Positions 59,295 to 64,000 of a DNA stretch of 64,000 nucleotides are shown one piece after another. The position numbers and the translations under genes are program-made. The notes under the pieces were generated by a model. It was not told the DNA's origin, did not search any database, and worked only from the letters and a program-made list of their open reading frames with translations. How positions within the stretch are numbered: position 1 is the first letter of the stretch; every line of letters begins with the position of its first letter. Source of the DNA: the human T2T-CHM13v2.0 reference genome, Homo sapiens; NCBI RefSeq assembly GCF_009914755.1, contig NC_060929.1; one strand, 5' to 3'.

Positions 59295-60781
59295 TAGAGG
59301 GCCAAAATCTAAGTCTTGTATGTCTGAATTAGATCTTAAAGTATTTTTATTCTTTTCTCTTTAGAAGATCCAATGATATCTGACAAAGAATGGTAAAGTA
59401 ATGATTGCGGTTGTTTAATTCATTAAGAAGAGAACAATTAAATCGACTATAAATTAAATTTGTGAAATTATTAATAACAAGACTATGTAAAACATTTTTT
59501 CTGCTCTTTTTTACCTCTTCATTCAGACTTCTAAATCATAATTCCATTACAAGGAAAAGAAAAAGAAAGAATATCAGTAAAACAAATGGTCTGGCCTGTG
59601 TTCTATATCAAAGAATTTGAGTTTATTTGGTAAGTATACTTAGGTAGGAGAACAGGATAATTGTAGGAGCTTAGGAGAGCACCATTAGGATATGCTAGTT
59701 ATATTATATGAAGGATAACTAATTTTATATTTCAAAATAAATCTTATGAACTGAGGTATGAAAAATGATATGCCACATTATTAATCGGCCTAGTAACCTC
59801 AGGCAGAAAAGAAAAACTTCCATTTTTGTTTCCTAGTGACTGTCTGAATAGAAAAGTGACTATATAAATCACTGAAAACAAAACTGATAGTTTTAAAAGA
59901 TATACCTAACCAGAATATGTTGCTGATTAATAAAGTATGATGGGGCAGGAGGTGGAGGACAAAGAGAAGAGAAGAACATTTATAGAGAATCTTGGGGAAT
60001 GACCTTACTTTATTCTCTTCCTTTTCCCAAATTACCTTCCACCCAGTCAAGGTTGGAGAAAAGCAGCTTCCTGCATGCCTAACCCTCAAGTCGGGTAACC
60101 TGAGAATCAGGAGAATTTGGAATTTCTGTTTTTGACTTTAGTTTGATAAGCAGCAGCAACCTCTTAAATATTAAGAAGCCAGTGGAATATGTCGTGACAT
60201 ATCCAAAGGGAAGATCAGGAGAGTATGTTCATAGATATACTGTGTCTCACCACAAGCACCCTGAGTTCCCTGTTTGGCAAAGAATATGCTGCAATAGTAA
60301 TTTGACAGTGCAAGTTGACTTGCTGGCCACTGCCTCCAGTACTACAAAGAGGTCAATTGTCAAAAAAAGGGAGCTTTATCATCAGAGACTGTGGGATGAA
60401 CTTCCTATATGAAGGAAAAGAAGCAGTGGCTGCTTGGTAGTAACTACTTCGAATGAGCACCTGGCCAGAATAAGGATATATCCACGCTGACCACCTTGAC
60501 AGGGTAGCTGTGAGGATGAACTCAGAGAAAATGTTGAACAAAAACTGAAAAAAAAAGTGGTTTAAAGAAATCCCTATTTTCTAACTAACTTTTTCCAACA
60601 AATATGTATGGAGCATTTACTACACATATCATGTATTCATAGCACAAGCATGATATGCCCACTCGGTAACCAAGAAATGGAAATACAAGGCCCTGTGAAT
60701 TATTACTTTTAGATATTACAGAGGAATTAATAGATCATTTATCTCAGGGTCAGTGAGATCTCATGAAATACAGCCAATTAA

Positions 60782-61506
<725 letters not shown>

Positions 61507-62814
61507 TTTACCTTTCCTGAGAGATGCTTTATGACTTACAATATTTATATGTTAAAAAACAACAATAAAAACAAAACCCACACGTTAGAATATTCTTTTA
61601 AAAAACTCAGATACTTAATTTTATACCATGCCTCTAATTATATTGTGATTTTTAGAGTAATTTTAAGTTAATTTTGCATAAAATGTTTAAAATATCAAAT
61701 ATATTTATTGCTTACAATAATATATAGACATAAAAATATTTTAAAGCTAAGATATATTATACATTTGAAAAGTTGTTTATTCTAGCTATATACACAATAT
61801 ACATACAGTTACGTATGTTTACATTTTTGCATACTTAGGTAGCCTCTTTTCCACTGGCCACTTCTAGCAAATGGCTCATCAATTTCTGTTTCCCTTCCAT
61901 TACAAAAAATGTCTCTTCCATGGACATTCACTTACATGTACCTGGGATATAACAATAAAACCTTTTAGCTTTTCAGCTTTTCCACCCATTTCATGTTCTA
62001 GTTTCTCATATAACTAATCAACACAGTTGTCGGAGTAAACAACCTGTGTTTTTCAAAGTTCCGCAACGCTAAATAATTGTTTTCCTCCTTAAGCCTTTTA
62101 TTTCACCTCAACTTTATATAATTAATATTTTTGCTCTTCATGCTAGTTGCATTCAAACCAAGTTCCCACTATTCAGGGTATTTAATACAGATTATGTATT
62201 TCCAGTTCTAGAAATGAAGATCATCTTAATATGCTCAAGGGAGTTTTGGTCTAATCTGGACTTTTCTTCCAGATGCTGTGGACATTTACCATACCCTCAA
62301 CAACTATCTAGTCTAACCAGATCTGGCCGTCATTAGATTGGCCCAGTATTTCCCACATATTTGACTGGATTGTTCATCTTTCACTTTAAGCACACTCTTT
62401 ATCAATGAGTGTAACTGCTGGCTTTGCTTACTTTTGCAATTCGGTGGGCTGAATAACAAGTTATCTAATAATTTATCTATCTCTCTCTGTGTCTGTTTCT
62501 GTCTCCTTACTACCCTGCCTGTATATTCTACATTCTGTATCACACTGAGATGGTGTGGTAGTGGTATATGGTGTAACTGTGCGAATGTGTGAGAGTAAGA
62601 AGTGCACTGGGGGCAGAGTTTTAGGCAGATATTCTTTTGGAAAGCATCTCTCTCCTCTTATTTCATGTCAAAGCTGAAAATGAATTCTCCATTGGATAGA
62701 AACACAGACACTTCTGAATATTGAAACTAGTAACTGCCAAGCTCTAAAAGCTATAATATTTCTATTTAAAATTTTTCATGACTAATTTTGTTTAAGCTAA
62801 AATAACCTTATCAG

Positions 62815-62995
62815 TGGGTGGCAGCTCTGATTCTAAAACTGTGATTGTCATCAGAAGAACTTTACATAAATATAATAAATACATGCGTCCCAACACAAAC
62901 CTAATTAATCATAATCTCTGTGAGATGATTCTCAGGAATCTCTGCATTTGAAAACCCTTATTTATCAGAAATAACCAAGTTTGAAATTCTCTAGT
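62815..62995. mobile_element. MER5-like DNA transposon remnant
   Basis: TGATTCTAAAACTGTG...CAGGAATCTCTGCATTTGAAAA...CCAAGTTTGAAA. Confidence 0.4.
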
Positions 62996-63139
62996 GAAAA
63001 TTATATTGAAATGGTGTTGACTCTTAGTTTATTATGGGTAAAATATGTTTGAACTTATATTTATAGAATATTAATTATATTTTGTCCTTTGTTATACCAT
63101 CTCTCCAATTATACTGTGATACTTTTAGAGTAAGATTTA

Positions 63140-63418
63140 GCTCACCCAGGCAGGAATCCAGTGGCACAATCTCAGCTCACTGTAACCTCCGCCTCCCAGG
63201 TTCAAGCAATTCTCCTGCCTCTGCCTCAGCATCCTGAGTAGCTGGGATTACAGGCATGTGCCACCACACCTGGCTAATTTTGTATTTTTAGTAGAGACAC
63301 GGTTTCACCATGTTATTCAGGTTGGTCTCGATGGTCTCAAACTCCTGACCTTAGGTGATCCACCCCCTTCAGATTCTCTAAGTGCTGGGATTACAGGCAT
63401 GAGCCACTGTGCTCGGCC
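63140..63418 (-). mobile_element. AluSx-type SINE lacking its tail end
   Basis: CACCCAGGC...GCCTCCCAGGTTCAAGCAATTCTCC...GAGCCACTGTGCTCGGCC; small internal duplications. Confidence 0.88.
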
Positions 63419-63639
63419 TGTACATGCTTTCTAAAAGTTTTAAGAATGCAACTTTTCATTTCCTAGGTTCACTGGTAAGGTTTACTCTTACTTGGCAGTG
63501 CGGTTTCCGGGTGGAAATTAAGAAACTTCAGTGTGTTTCATTATTCTCTCTGTCCAAATATTCTGAAAAATAATCAAAGTAACTGCCTGAAATTATTCAA
63601 GTTTGTTGATAAATCTTTATAAGCCAAAGTAGGCAGGTT

Positions 63640-64000
63640 GTGAAGTTTTTTTTCTAGTCATGCCACATCCCACTTATAATAAAGTATTATGCAATGATTC
63701 ACAAGGCTGGTTGATCCTTTTCCTGGTTTCACCAGACAAGCACCTTACTATACTCACCTGAAGAATGGCAACAGCTTCCTAAATCATGACCCTTACTCAA
63801 TTTTGATCTCAAGTCAATGTCCCACACAGCACCAAGGTGATCTACAAAAATTTAAAATTAAAAAAAGCACGTAATATAAATCTAAATCAGATTATATCAC
63901 TCACTTTCTTTAAACTCTCCAATGATTTCCCATTTGAATTAAAGAAAATTACAACTTCTTAGCACAGCCAATGGAATCCCAAATTATCTGGTCCCTGACT
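63640..64000 (+). mobile_element. L2 fragment
   Basis: GCAACAGCTTCCTAAAT...CCACACAGCACCAAGGTGATCT...AAATCAGATTATATCACTC...CTCCAATGATTTCCCATT. Confidence 0.7.

Noticed and set aside
59350-59400. Possible plus-strand micro-exon (TCTTTTCTCTTTAG...AATG|GTAAAG)
   Set aside because: Weak donor and no partner exons; such motifs are frequent by chance in AT-rich DNA.
60143-60412. 89-aa ORF in a moderately GC-richer block
   Set aside because: Non-ATG start, no recognisable homology and no convincing splice sites; probably chance or an ancient repeat.

Overview
AT-rich, non-coding primate (human/ape-type) genomic DNA, most likely intergenic or deep intronic. I find no convincing protein-coding gene, RNA gene, CpG island or CRISPR array. 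Nearly all longer ORFs in the track are read-throughs of Alu, L1 or LTR repeats. The window holds about 19 Alus, several L1 fragments, L2/MIR relics, MaLR/ERV solo LTRs and DNA-transposon fossils. The most interesting structure is retrotransposition architecture resolvable to the base: (i) a young 5'-inverted L1 nested exactly at the end/TSD junction of an older 5'-inverted L1; (ii) an L1 3' end followed by ~200 bp of extra sequence and a second A-tail (probable 3' transduction); (iii) a ~570-bp mosaic AluY with three linkers inside one perfect 18-bp TSD; (iv) an 85-bp very young L1 3'-tip insertion; (v) a ~105-bp non-tandem duplication with C<->G-skewed differences. Repeat subfamily names come from recalled consensus sequences and need RepeatMasker/Dfam confirmation. 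I see no evidence for a genuinely new biological system.
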